Assembly (NCBI GenBank): GCA_951406725.2
Contig: OX597839.1
Coordinates: 31,744,001-31,808,000, forward strand
DNA length: 64,000 nt
DNA from: Octopus vulgaris
Taxonomy: Eukaryota
Direction: 5' to 3'
The position numbers and the translations under genes are program-made. The notes beneath the pieces are model-generated. The model was not told the origin of the DNA, did no database searches, and saw only the letters and a list, made by a program, of their open reading frames with translations. Numbering within the stretch: position 1 is the stretch's first letter; the number at the start of each line of letters is the position of its first letter. Positions 41,086 to 54,315 of this stretch are shown piece by piece.

Positions 41086-41716
41086 TTTAGATAAAAGGGA
41101 CATAATGTGCAGCCTGGTTCAAGAATTGAACTTGTGGCTTTATTATTGTGAAACTAATACTCTAACCAGTAGACCACATGTCTTCATTACACTAGTAAAC
41201 ATATAGTTTAGTATTAAGCTAAACTGTGTCTCTGATTTAAGTTTAAACTTGCTGAGACAGATATTTACCATTCATCCTTCCAGGATCAATCAAATAATTT
41301 TGCTCTTAAAGAATTCCTCAAAATTCTATTTTCAAAATGTTTTGCTTCAAAAATTATTCTTTTGTCTAAATCAAAAGAAATCAATATGATTAATAATACA
41401 ACCTAATTAATAAATTGGAATCCATCAAATGAATTTACTTTGCACTAAAATTATATTTTGTAATTGTTGTTGTTCGTTAGGCAAGGCTGGTCTAACTGAA
41501 CAGATAGACCTATGACTAACGGCTTTTCACCTGTGACTCCTCAACATCCAGTTCAAGAAGAGTGTATTAAGGACAACATAGTTTCATGTGTTTTTCCTTT
41601 CAGACAATAGAATGTGCTTTGAGGGAAATTTGGCTGCTACTGTAAAATGTTGAGCAACGATACAGAACTTTGTCTGTGTTAGAACACAATTTTTCTTTAT
41701 ACTAATGAACACATTA

Positions 41717-42110
41717 TCTTTTACTTGTTACAGTCATTGGGCTGCTGCCAGGCTGGGGCACCACTTTGAACGGTTTCAGTCAAACAAATCAACCCTTGCA
41801 CTTGTGTTTTCTGTTTGTGTGTTTTTTTCTCTTAAGTTTTGTACTTATTCTATTGGTAACTTTTGCCAAACTGCTAAGTTATGGAGATGAAAACAAACCA
41901 GCATCAGTTGTCAAGTGGTGGTAGACATGAAAACACACACACACACACACACAAAAGACAGCCTGCCATGCAATTTATGTCTACCAAATTCACTCCCAAG
42001 GCATTGGTCAGCTGGGTGCTATAGTAGAAGACATTTGTCCAAGGAACTGCACTGTGAGACCAAACCTGAAGCGATGTGTCTGCAGAGCGAGGTTCTTAAT
42101 CACCCAACCT
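41717..42110 (-). mobile_element. SINE family B, diverged
   Basis: cttttacttgttacagtcatt..ctatagtagaagacatttgtccaagg. Confidence 0.8.
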
Positions 42111-42719
42111 AATTTAATCCTTTGTGTGTCCTGTGTTGCATTGTTAGTTATGTATGAGTTTGGAGGTTTGCATGAGGAGTACAAAGTTTGGCAGATTAGA
42201 TGAGGAGTGTGCCAACTATGGCTGTATCTGACCTCAGCAATTAGCATCAGATGTAAATGGAATGATATTTAAAATTGGAAAAGTGTGCTTACAAAAATGA
42301 AGGGCAGGTGAAGAAAAGAAATGTTCTGAAAATTGTAAAAACCCTTATTGTTGAGACACATAAAACATTTATATTTTCTAGCAGCAGGAAATGTCTACTC
42401 TCTGAGATAATAAAGTTACGTTTTCTGAATGTTTATAATGAGATAGCAATCATTAGTTATCCATCATTGTTCTCTGAAGAAAATAATATATTTCAATCCA
42501 TGTTTTGAATCCAATTAAAAAGCTTTAATTAGTAAGATAATTTTATCTTCGTGCAAATGAATAATTGGATCATGTGCTTCCCCATCACCCCCCCCCCCCA
42601 ATCACTCAATATGAAGTTATTAATGACTGAAACAACCACACAAAAGCAAGTAATAGAGACCCTGCCTGATATCTAAAAGCAATTCTTAAAGCTGCATTTG
42701 ATCTCTGTCAAATGGGAGC

Positions 42720-42944
42720 TATCTTTTACTCATTTCAGTCATTGGAATGTGGCCATGCTAGGGCACCACCTTGAAGGGGTTTAGTCAAACAGATCAACCC
42801 CAGCACTTCTTGTTTTAAGTCTGACAGTTATTCTGTCAGTCTATTCCTTTCCCCCAACCCCCTAAGTTACAGGGACAAATCAACACCAGTTGTCAAGCAG
42901 TGGTGAGGGGGTGGGGAAACAAGGACAACAACAAGAACACACAT

Positions 42945-42982
<38 letters not shown>

Positions 42983-43125
42983 CTGGCTTTCACACACTTT
43001 CTGCCAACCAAATTCACACACAAGGCATTGGTTGGTTTGGGCCTATAGTAGAAGACACTTGCCCAAGGTGCCACATAACAGGACTGAACTGGAAACCACA
43101 TGGTTGCAAACTGAGTTTATTAACA
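42720..43125 (-). mobile_element. SINE family B, diverged
   Basis: Same diagnostic motifs as other family B copies. Confidence 0.8.
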
Positions 43126-43970
43126 CACACACACACACACAGAGCTTATTAGAGAATTTTCTTAAATAATGACATTATTCACAACATTAAAATTCAAACC
43201 CAAACTAGAAATATATGCTAAATATATTTTAAATAGTTTTGAAAACTCATTTAGTTTTAGAATATAGATTTTACAGGAATTTTGCAGTATTTCTGGAATT
43301 GCCTCCACTCCAATCATTGAACATTTTCTTCATTAGCTTTTCTCTTATTTTGCTTCTCTTTTTAGCATTTAACTAATTTCTCCCCTAAAAAAAGAACAGT
43401 TCAATAAAAATCAATTTAATCTGTTGAACATAAATTTCAACTGAGGATTAGATTTTTTCTTTAATATGGTGCCAATGACTGAAAATATTCTAAATATATT
43501 TTGCTGGTAATAATGGTTTCTAATTCAAGAACAGGGCCAAGAATTTTGAGGCTAATCAAGTACACAGACCCCAGTATTTGACTGGTACTTATTCTGTCAA
43601 CCATGTTAAGATATGCATTTTATTTATAGTTCTACTGTTTCTGCCAATACACCTCCTGAAATGTAAAATAGAATGACTGTGGGAAAAAAATTATCCAAAG
43701 ACACCTTCTGCATAAAAGAAAAAAATTATAGTCAAGAGGAAGCTAACCTGTTTAATGTATTCAGCCAAATAATGTCTTAATTTAAATTACACTTTAGAGA
43801 TAAGAAAACTAATTATCAGCTTCAATAATTGAAGGGCAAGAAACTCTTAAAACCGAATTAATTAAAAATTAAATGGAAGTATGAAAGTATGATAATTAAG
43901 TACCAGATAGAAATTAGATGAGTATTTATTTAAATCCGACATATTAGTGCAGCTCAGGTTGAGAAATTAA

Positions 43971-44540
43971 CCCTTTAGCATTTAAAATGGCCATAACTGA
44001 CCTACATAATGTCTCTGTTTAATGTTCAGACTGGCCAGATCTAGCCTCTCACACTCCCCTTACAATGTCGTTTTAAAAATATATAATCCCATCATTGAAA
44101 TATCAAGGCTATGAGATGATACAAGATTAATTCAAAACAATCTTTTATCTTTTACTTGTTTCAGTCATTAGAATGTGGCCATGCTGGGGCACTGCCTTGA
44201 AGAATTTTTAGTTGAATGAATCAACTCCAGAAATGCTTTTTAAAACCAAATACTTATTCTCTTGGTCTCTTTTGCCAAACTGCAAAGCAGTGGTGGGGAA
44301 CACACACACACACACACACACATAGAGGCTTCTTACAGTTTCTGTCTCCCAAATCCACTCATAAGGCTTTGGTTGGCATGAAGTTATAGTCAAAAATACT
44401 TGTTTAAGGTGGCCTGCAGTGATATTGAACCCAGGACCATGTGGTCAGGAAGCAAGCTTCTTAACACAACTTCTTACCACACAACCAGGCTGTGGATAAA
44501 TAAGCATTGCAGCTGATAGAATAGTCTGAATATTAAAGGG
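43971..44540 (+). mobile_element. piggyBac-type MITE interrupted by a family B SINE (-, ~44142-44490)
   Basis: TTAA|CCCTTTAG at 43967-43978 and TAAAGGG|TTAA at 44534-44544; MITE sequence resumes after the SINE. Confidence 0.8.
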
Positions 44541-46164
44541 TTAAAATCTAAATTAACTCCCATGGGACTTACATGAGAGTTAGGATTTACTAAATCCAAT
44601 ACCACAAGGTATCTCAATATTTCTAGAGGTAGAATCCAATTTAATGGTACAGAATTGGGGAATACTGACACAACTGCATGCTAAATTTGACTTCATCAAT
44701 AGAAATATTTTAAAATTCATGTAACATGGCATCGTCTTACTTGTTTTTGTGTAGACAACAATACATCTCATTTGCTTATTAACTCTCTATAGCAATGAAC
44801 AATATTCAAAGATGAAGCCAAAGAAATTTGAACAGCTACAATGTATTCAGAAAAAAGAAAAAATATAGGAAAGACCAGCTAGTAATTAAAACTATCAGGT
44901 TTAACCAGCAAGAAGCAGAGATTATTAAGAGAGATTAGGGATATGAATTTGGTAAAAATACTATGAACTCTTTTGGAAGATAGCCAAAGTGAAACTAGAA
45001 AAAAAGGCAAAAGTTAGAATTGGCATAAGAATCGGTTAAATATTAGAGAATATAGAAAGGAGAAAGCTAAACCTATCCAGCCATGTCTGTATAAAAAATG
45101 GTCATAAAAATATGAAGAGGTTGGAGGGGAAGAAGAAGTTTTATCAAATTGGCTTTCATCTTACTTTATAGTTTAAAAATTTATAACACATTTTTGTCCC
45201 ACTAACTTTCAGCTATCTCTTTATCTGTTCAACCATTTAGCATTATTTTTTCTTCCGGAGAATTAACAGTACAGGCAACCTCTCTTAATAACATTAACAT
45301 ATTGTACACTAAATAAATAGCAAAATTTCCATGTAGAACTTCACTGCTGCTATTAATCAATAAGAAAGCAGTCTGTTTGAGATACTTATGAATATAAAAC
45401 TCTTTGTTGTCGTTATTAGCCAACCATTATCCTTGATCAGTAGCAGAAGAAATATGTCAGGAATAAGTATCTTCATTTATTTAATGCTAATTTATAACCA
45501 ATTCTTTGGAGAATCTACTACAGATCGCGTAATAGTCCCAAAAGAACTGTTCCTACAACTTGTGGGAATGTTTGGGACAATCTTAAAGTAGTTTTAGAAT
45601 TTACATTTTACATTTCCATTTCACTAGTTTATTATTATTAACACTTCCTATCACTTAACTGAACACTGGGTTTTTGGATTTCCTTGACACACATATATCC
45701 TTATTCTTTCTCCATTTCCTTTATTCAAATGCAGAGGTTTTTGTCAGCAATAATACAAAGGCAACACAAGCCACAAAGAAGCACAACTGTATTAATTAAC
45801 TCTTTTTAACGACATGCCAACAATGTAGCTTCTACGTAGTTGCTCACCCTGCAAGAAATAGCAACCAAATCTCCTTCAGATTGCACTCGATTTTCATAAA
45901 AATGGATACATTAGATAGTGTTGTTAAAAGTAAACTACACATGGAAAAAGTTGTGACAATACCTTTGATTAGAAGCATACTCAATCAACACCAACTTGTA
46001 GCTACACGATAACTAGTTCATAGCAAATGAAGCTTCCGTTCCAACTAAAAGATAAACTACAGCTGATGCAAGCCAATGAGGGGAATCCCTATGAAGTCAA
46101 CTGAATTACTAGACATGACAGCAAAATTTCCCTCACATAACATTCCACCAAATCTTAGCTTTCC

Positions 46165-46240
46165 AGACCCTGGTCGAACCGTCCAATCCATGCTAGCATG
46201 GAAAACGGATGTTGAACGATGATGATGATGGTGATGATGA
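46165..46240 (+). mobile_element. SINE family A 3' fragment
   Basis: gtcgaaccgtccaatccatgctagcatggaaaacggatg(gat)n. Confidence 0.8.
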
Positions 46241-46310
46241 TTTTAGATATTGTATTTCTACATAACCCTAAAATGGCATGACGGCCACAACTGGAGTACC
46301 CTTGATCATA

Positions 46311-46450
46311 TGTATATCCAAAATTCCAAAATTTGAAACCGTTTTATATATTCTAGTGTATATCCAAAATTCCAAAATATCCAAAGATTCTAGAGTATAT
46401 GCAAAATACCACATTTTGCAACCCTTATTACATGTTCTGGTGTATATCCT
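46311..46450 (+). repeat. Degenerate minisatellite (about 3 units of tgtatatccaaaattccaaaat..ttctag)
   Basis: Direct repeats visible at 46311, 46357, ~46394 and 46441. Confidence 0.7.
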
Positions 46451-46969
46451 GGAGCAAGAGATGAATTCCTAGAGAACAGATCTCTTCAGTCACTTATGAT
46501 TGAGTTAACAGCCTTTGTAGCAATAACACTCATTAGAAAGACCGAAACGACAATCAATCAAATTCTTATCTACAAAGACTGCTGAATTAACAGAACTAAT
46601 AGGTAGAGTAGCAGAACAATTGATTTCTGAGAAATACTGTCATACTTCAACACTGTCAGTCCAAATCCTAGCAGAGTTGATTCCATCTTTCATCCCTGCA
46701 TTCATCTCTTCAGTATCAATAAAATATATAACAGTAATAGACCAGAGCGGAATCCATGAAATAACCACCTCCGACACTGGCCTTAGATCATCAACCTAAG
46801 AAATCCTCATTATCACTGTTAGAGTCAATATTATTATTATTATTAGTATTATTACACATCCCTTTCATGCATATGGGCTCTGTGTGATCGTGTAATCAAC
46901 ACGGTTCTTCCCATAAATGTTGCACTAATGTGAAAAATAATTATCCTTATTATTGCCAACTCCTACAGG

Positions 46970-48250
46970 GATCAACTTAGCCTTTCAACCTTCTGATGTG
47001 GGGTGGGACTGATAAAATAAACATTAGTGAAATGCAGAGTTGACTTCAACTGCCTCCATGAGCCCCACCCAAATATTTATGGCTTTGTGCATCTGTCAGA
47101 AGCCAATTATTATTATTATTATCATTATTATTAATAATAATAATAATAAAGGCAGTGGGCTGCTACTGTGCCTGACAAAATGCTTAATACCATTTCTTCT
47201 GTTTCTTTAAATTTGGGGTTCAAATACCATTGAGATCAACTTTGTCATTCATCTTTTCAAGGCTGATAAAAATAGTACCAGTTACATATTGGGGTTAATG
47301 TAATTGACTTTGACTTCCCTTTCCCCTCTAAACTGCTGGCCTTGTATCAAAATTATTATTATTATTGTTATTATTATATGAAAACGCACAGCTTATTTTG
47401 CTGGGTAAGATGGAAAGTGTCAGGTGTCCACAGCCAGCAGACTAAGGTGACCCTTGTTTACTGGTCATGCTTCAAGAACCCTGTGAAGAATTCTTGCAGT
47501 TCCAAGCAATGCTGATTTTTCTAGGTGTTCTACCTTCACACTTGCACCAATCTTTTTCAGCCATGTTGGTAGTTGAGTACTGGTACTTCCAAGTGCACCA
47601 ATTACTAATGGTATTATGTCTACTAATTATTATTATTATTATTGAGGCAGTGAATTGATAGAATCATTAAAGCATTGAAAAAATTTTTTATAGTACATAT
47701 TCTAGTTCTTTATGTTGTGAGTTCAAATCCTGCCACAGTTGATTTTGCCTTTCATCTTTCTGTTGGTTTTGTGCTTGAATTAGAAACAAATATGTTTCGA
47801 ATTCAAAACAGAGGCACAAGACCTGAAATCTGGGGAAGGGGTCAGTCAGTAAGAGTGACCCCCAAAAACTTGACTGGCACTTTATTTCCTCAACTCCAAA
47901 AGAATGGAAGAAAGAAGTGGTCCTCAGCTTTCAGTGCCAACCAAATACTGAGGTTAACTTTGCCTGTCATCCTATCAGGTCAACAAAGTAAATACCAGTG
48001 ATGCATTGGGGTTCAGTGTGATCAACCAGCCTCCTCAAAAGTTTCAGGCTTTGTGCCTGTATGGCAGAACCATTAGCACATCAAGTGAAATGCTTAGTGG
48101 TATTTCGTCTGCCACTATGCTCTGAGGGTGATTTTGCCTTTCATCTTCTTGGGATCGATAAATTAAGTACCAGTAACACACTGGGGTTGATGTAATAGAC
48201 TAGCCCCCACCAAAACCAATTCTGGCCTTGTGTCTATAATAGAAAGAATT
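46970..48250. mobile_element. Cluster of SINE family C copies and fragments separated by (ATT)n tracts
   Basis: Repeated ttttgcctttcatc..ataaa..agtaccag and ggccttgtg motifs at ~46970, 47150, 47645, 47950 and 48060. Confidence 0.7.
47380..47623 (-). mobile_element. R4/Dong-clade LINE 3' end, second family (stop at 47465)
   Basis: VDIIPLVIGALGSTSTQLPTWLKKIGASVKVEHLEKSALLGTARILHRVLEA*; (TTA)n on both flanks. Confidence 0.85.
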
Positions 48251-48269
48251 ATTATTATTATTATTTTTA

Positions 48270-48527
48270 TTTTTTCCTCAAATTTGCTTCCATTTCTTGC
48301 CGAGTGTCTTCCCGACTCCTAGGGCAAAGAAACTCAGAATACATTGGTAGGCCATTAAACTAAACTCACTAGTTCGTTCATTTTTTTTTTTTTTTGTTAA
48401 AGTTAAATTAAAATACATGGGTAGTAATAGTTCTCACATCGACAATGCTCTTCTCAATACATGTGATGTACCAGTTAAGACAATCTTTTGCACTTCTTGC
48501 AGGGATGGTAAGCCAGGGATCATTCTC
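48270..48527 (-). mobile_element. R4/Dong-clade LINE 3' end, third family (stop at 48434)
   Basis: RMIPGLPSLQEVQKIVLTGTSHVLRRALSM*; (TTA)n on both flanks. Confidence 0.85.
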
Positions 48528-48563
<36 letters not shown>

Positions 48564-50799
48564 GCAGCAGCAGTAGCAGCACTTTTGTTTTGCTCACATT
48601 TTTGTTATGTTATGACTTAATATCTGCTCATTAAATTATTGAGAAGGAACAACTTGAAGACGATGACCACTATAGAAGAGTAATTAATATTATAACGACA
48701 TTAAAACTATCTGTGATATTTCAGTTTATATCTACAGATACTTAACATTAATTTAACTTATGGAATGAAAAAATAATTAATGACCCAGGACTTTGTTTTA
48801 TCATGTACAAATGTATTAGAATGGATTCTGTTTGTCAAAAATCACAATGTATGGATGAAGCAAGCAAGTATAAAATGGTTTTGTTTCATAATGTCTTTTA
48901 GTTGTGGAATTTCTTTTATCGATATGTGAAGTCATGTGCTAAATTATACAAGTGACTGTGCAACAAAGTGAAATTACACAAAATATACAAAATATATGTT
49001 TAGTCAACATAAGACAGTAAATTTGAAAGTGATAAGCACATTGAACAAAAAGAGTCGGTGTCAGTAAGTGATTTAGTGGAAGAGGCAAAACTGTTGCCAA
49101 GAAGTCAAACACTGTGAAAATGTGCTGACATAAATCCTAATCATATGAAAGAGATAATTTTTCTGCTACTCTGCATTCTTTTTATATTTCCCCGTTATTT
49201 TCTCAAAAAAATAATCGAGTTTCTAGTAAACTTTTCATTATTAAATGCCTAAGTTTGATGAAGTAGAAGCTGAGAAATTTGACTAGATTTTTTTTTCTTT
49301 TTGTTTAACTAACAACCATGTAACAGTACAAATGGTATAAAATATTGGTTTATGCTCATAAATGTATTTTATTACATTCATTAATATTCATGAATGGGTA
49401 CAGGGTTAGCTGTGGGGTTAAAAACTTCGATTTATAACCACACGGTTCTGAGTTTGATCCCACTGCCTGGCATTTTGTCTAAGTTTCTTCTATAATAGCT
49501 TAAAAATGGTAAATAGGAAACAGGCAGCAATCTGGAATAAATGTTAAGAAAATGGATAGAATGCCTCTTGCTATTTGTTCCAACTCTCAATTCTCAGTTC
49601 TCCGACATCTGCTATTCAATGTCTTAGGAACTGCTCCTATTTGCAAGGAAATGTTTTAAAATCTGTGTGTAGAGAGGATTGTGGTTACCATGTTGCAGTT
49701 TAGCCCCAGGTCAACCCTAATTGAACCAAACTATGAGTAAAAGTGTGCTACTCCTGATTATCCCATCTTTTATTATTTTAGATAATGAATTTAAAATTGC
49801 ATTGTCTGATATGTCAGTCTTTAAAATAAAATAGAAAGTAGAGAGTAAATTGAAAGAGAAGAGATTTGACTGCTATTTCAATCAGGTGAAACAAGCATGT
49901 AGAGTCTCTCCCTCAAGGATTCAAAGTGATTGTTGCTTACTATTTTATGATGGTCAGTCTCATTAGAAGAAGACAATCACATTCTGGCTTCGTTAGCATA
50001 TTCCTCATTACAGTTTTCTGTCCACTTTCTATTTTGAACAAAATCCTTTTTTCCAGTTATTTTATTCCTATAATTTACATAATTTGTGGTGGAAATTATT
50101 TGTCTGCAGGCAATATTGTTGACATTTAATTCATACAAGCTTTAAGCATTTAACGAACTTTTCCCACCTTGAAATCTAATTCTCTAGAATTATGCAAACT
50201 GTGACAAACTGTCTGCTATTTTCTAGTTTCCACATTCATTCCCATCCACTGTAACAAATTCACAAGTTATAATAGTTCACATATCGAGCTAATAATCTAA
50301 ACATTACTATTTTTAGTCTCTTATGAAAGGTGAATTAAATATGAATAGAATGCCAGTTTCTTAATTACTAGCTATATTTAATTACTTTCAAATAAAATTC
50401 CATAATGTTTGCTATTCAATGCATATAAAATAATAATTTCTATTAAATTGTTGATATAATATTGTTGTCCGGTGTGATAAATTATAATAACAGATTGTTC
50501 GAAAGATCAATATATTTTAATATGTATGACATCGTACAGTTTAATACGGATAATGTTTCCTATTAGGTTATTAACAACGTATATTTTTACATTAAGATTT
50601 AGACAACAATACTTCAGTTCTTTTTTTAATGCAAGTTAGTTGAGGGAAGGGAAACAAGTGTTGTGACTTTGGGGGTAGGGGACATCTCAGATTTCTGAGA
50701 CTACTAATGACCAAATGACAGCATATTGGAGAAGACTTTTGTTTGCTTGTACATTATTACCAATAAACTGATGTTGGCAAGTATTTAGTTTGTTATTCC

Positions 50800-50905
50800 T
50801 CATCCTCATCATTATTGTTTTAACATCCACTTTTCCATGCTTGCATGGGTCAGGCAGGATTTGTCAGGGCAGATTTTCTATGGCTTGATGCACTTCCTAT
50901 CATCA
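50800..50905 (-). mobile_element. Old SINE family A fragment
   Basis: ttaacatccacttttccatgcttgcatggg..gatgcacttccta. Confidence 0.6.
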
Positions 50906-52739
50906 ATTCTTTATTATTATTGTTTAATTTAAACCGATATATATCAGCAAGTAGATTAGTAGTTATTCTTTATTCTTGCTGTATATTTATTTACACACTG
51001 GTTTCAATTAGAATTAAAAATTTGAAAGATGATTCAAAATTTTGTAAAAATTTTGTATAATTTGTGTTACTTTTAAATAGAAAATCTAGTCTAATAACAT
51101 CTGTTTTCATAAATAAATTAAATGACAAGTAATTATAAACAAAATTAAATAAACTGATATATAAACCTAGTTATGATATATTTTATATGTATCTTTCTCT
51201 TTACACAACAACAATATTTTCAATGCATACGAAACAAACATAGTATCTTAGCTCAAAGGTTTTGGTTAAGGATTCAAATCTTATGAAATCTATTATATTT
51301 ACTTGGTAAGAAAATCCAAACAGACTCCAACATCATTTTAGATAAATTGAGAAAGTTCATTTATTAAGGAAAAAAAAAAATCATAACCCTTTATGGTGAG
51401 AACTTACTAGTAATACTAAACTGATAAATTATATAATAAACTATAAACTAACATTCTGTGACCATCTATTTTAATAACTGTTTCTCATGTTTATATTTAT
51501 GAAAATTCCTGTTATAGGAAGAGATTTATCATCATCATCATCATCATCGTCGTCATCATAATCATCATCATTATTATTATCATTATTATTGTTGTGGGTG
51601 GGTAATAATTGAATGATTGCAGATAATATATTAAAATATGTGAATGGGCTGTCCTGTGTATGAAAGAAAAGGAATTCTGTAATGGAAAATAAAACAAAAA
51701 AAAATATTTGTTAAAAGCATATTCTTTGAACTCTGATTAATCAATTTATTTGGTATATGATTTTTCTATTTTTAAAGAAAAAAAAAACTATTTCTTTTTG
51801 ACTGAACGTGAGAAAAATATTTGGGGTTTATAAAAACTTAATTGGTTTGGTTTTATCTTTTTTTTTTACCAATTTCTTAATGGAAGTAATCAGCTGAAAT
51901 TGTGGAAATGTACAGAAGATATTTCTTCAAATTCTAGAGTAATGATTCACTAGAATACACTTGGTTGAAAAAAAAAGTTTTCTTTAAAAAATTTTTTTGT
52001 TGATGTCGGGCAGAAGATGAAGACTATTGAGTAAAGAAACAAGGAAATGTCAGAAAAAAAGGTTAACTGGAAATTGCAAAGACAATGGAGCTTTCTATTT
52101 TGTTTTACACAGTCACAAGATTTTAAATGGGAAAATAAATGAAGCTACAAACTGATACAAGTTTTCCTTTTGACAAAAATAATTCTTCCAGAATAAATTT
52201 TGCAAAATAAGGCAAATTTAAATGTCACTGGGAATGGCTTGCTTTGCTTTGCTTCATTTTGTTTTGTTTTTTATTTCTCTTTTCCATGCCACTGAGCATA
52301 AAGAAGAAAATATACACACAGGGAAGACAGATAATTCTAGATGATCCTGAGATTTGGCTACTAATTTTCTATATGGTGACATTTGAAAGAGATTTGGTGG
52401 TTATTTTCAGCAGGTCAGTTAAACTTGTAGTGGTACCTTTGTGGAATACCCAACAACCATTGTGTCACATTACAACTAAACAAATTCTCTCAAATTTATG
52501 ACAACTAAAAATTATAAATAGTTTTGTAATGCTTAAGATTTAATAGGTTGATTTCAGGATTCCAAACTTGTTTTATTTTATGAATAAATCTATATTTTAC
52601 ATATATCTATATAATTTATTTCATTCATTAATAAAATTACATGGAAAGTGAAACACACACACATATTTACATACATATATATATTTTAAATATTTTAATT
52701 TGGAATTTTATATTTTTTATATTTATATTTTATATTTTT

Positions 52740-52830
52740 TTAATTAATTTTATTTCTATGTATTGGCTTATGACTTTCACTGTTTGATTTGCCTAATAGT
52801 GGTTTTTATCTCTAATTTAATATAATATAT
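52740..52830 (+). mobile_element. Fragment of the putative Penelope-like terminal repeat ending in (TA)n
   Basis: tatgtattggctta..tgtttgatttgcctaatagtggtttttatctctaatttaata. Confidence 0.6.
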
Positions 52831-53049
52831 ATATATATAATTCTCTAACCCTAACTGAAAAGGATAACAAAATGGTAACTGGATATGTAAATTCAAAGCT
52901 AGCTTTTATAGACACATTAACATAAATTCATTCTTGGTTTATGGGGTCATCACACAGCAGCTCAAAGTCCATATTGTAATAATTTTTATTATTGCAAAAA
53001 GTGATATATTGATCAATCTTAGTCTTGCCAACCAAGTACTATGTTTCCA

Positions 53050-53080
53050 CTGAAGAGGTCCGATAGGGCTGAAATATGTC
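53050..53080 (+). ncRNA. Degenerate minimal hammerhead-ribozyme-like motif
   Basis: CTGAAGA-GGTCC-gata-GGGCT-GAAA-TATGTC; stem I not evident. Confidence 0.35.
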
Positions 53081-53721
53081 CATTGCTCTAAAGACCAGAC
53101 CCCACTTCCATACTTTCCATGGCTTGCTCATATCTCAGTTGTTTCCAGATTTTGAGTACCTATCATGGGAGTTTGTATCTACTTACTACATGAACATCTC
53201 AGTTAATCAATGTTTCCCAACTCAGCATATGACATATGTGAGACCCAACAATATTTATTGCATTGGTTCATCAAACATGAAACACTAAATCAATGAGACT
53301 ATAAACGTCAATAGCCTAGGCAAGCAATATTTTCTTGTCAGGCAGATTAATGCGCAAAGAGATAAAACAGTTGATAGAAAGCCATAACTCCTGCAGAGTC
53401 TCAGGCCTAAAGGGAAATGCTCGGCTGAACAACACACTGTTATAAAATAATGACTTGATAATTACACAATGCAATCAAATGCATTGAACGTTGGTAATTA
53501 TTAGAAATACAATCAAAGAACTGATTCTTCTTTGGTACTTTATCTTAGCTAATATGGCCTAAACAGGAAGATTTCGGTGTTTGGTACAGTAATAGTTAGG
53601 ATGGATTTCAGTTTCAACTCTCCACCATTACTCTTGTGAAACTCAGTTTTGAAGCAGATAAGGAATGATAGTGTTCTATAGATTGACTAAATATTACACG
53701 GGTGTTGGCAATTTCTGCCAA

Positions 53722-54315
53722 TAAAAGCACTATCCGAATCGTGGCCGATGCCAGTGCCACCTCGACTGACTTCCGTGCTGGTTGCACGTAAAATGCACCA
53801 ATCCGAATTGTGGCCGATGCCAGTGCCGCCTCGACTGACTTCCGTGCCGGTTGCATGTAAAATGCACCAATCCGAATCATGGCCGATGCCAGTGCCGCCT
53901 CGACTGGCTTCCGTGCCGGTGGCACGTAAAAAGCACTATCCGAATCGTGGCCGATGCCAGTGCTGCCTCGACTGGCTTCCGTGCCGGTGGCACATAAAAA
54001 GCACCATCCGAATCATGGCCGATGCCAGCGCCACCTCGACTGGCTTCTGTGCCGGTTGCACGTAAAATGCACCAATCCGACCGTGGCCGTTGCCAGCCTC
54101 GCCTGGCACCTGTGCAGGTGGCACGTAAAAAGCACCCACTACACTCACGGAGTGGTTGGCGTTAGGAAGGGCTTCCAGCTGTAGAAACACTGCCAGATAA
54201 GACTGGAGCCTGGTGCAGCCTTCTGGCTTCCCAGATCCCCGGTCGAACCGTCCAACCCATGCTAGCATGGAGAACGGACGTTAAACGATGATGATGATGA
54301 TGATGATGATGATGA
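53722..54315 (+). mobile_element. SINE family A with expanded minisatellite (five 68-69 bp units + one ~60 bp unit)
   Basis: atccga recurs at 53732, 53801, 53870, 53938, 54006 and 54075. Confidence 0.92.

Noticed and set aside
53722-54135. CRISPR-like regularly spaced palindromic repeats
   Set aside because: Units are contiguous tandem copies without unique spacers, lie inside a SINE, and no cas genes are present
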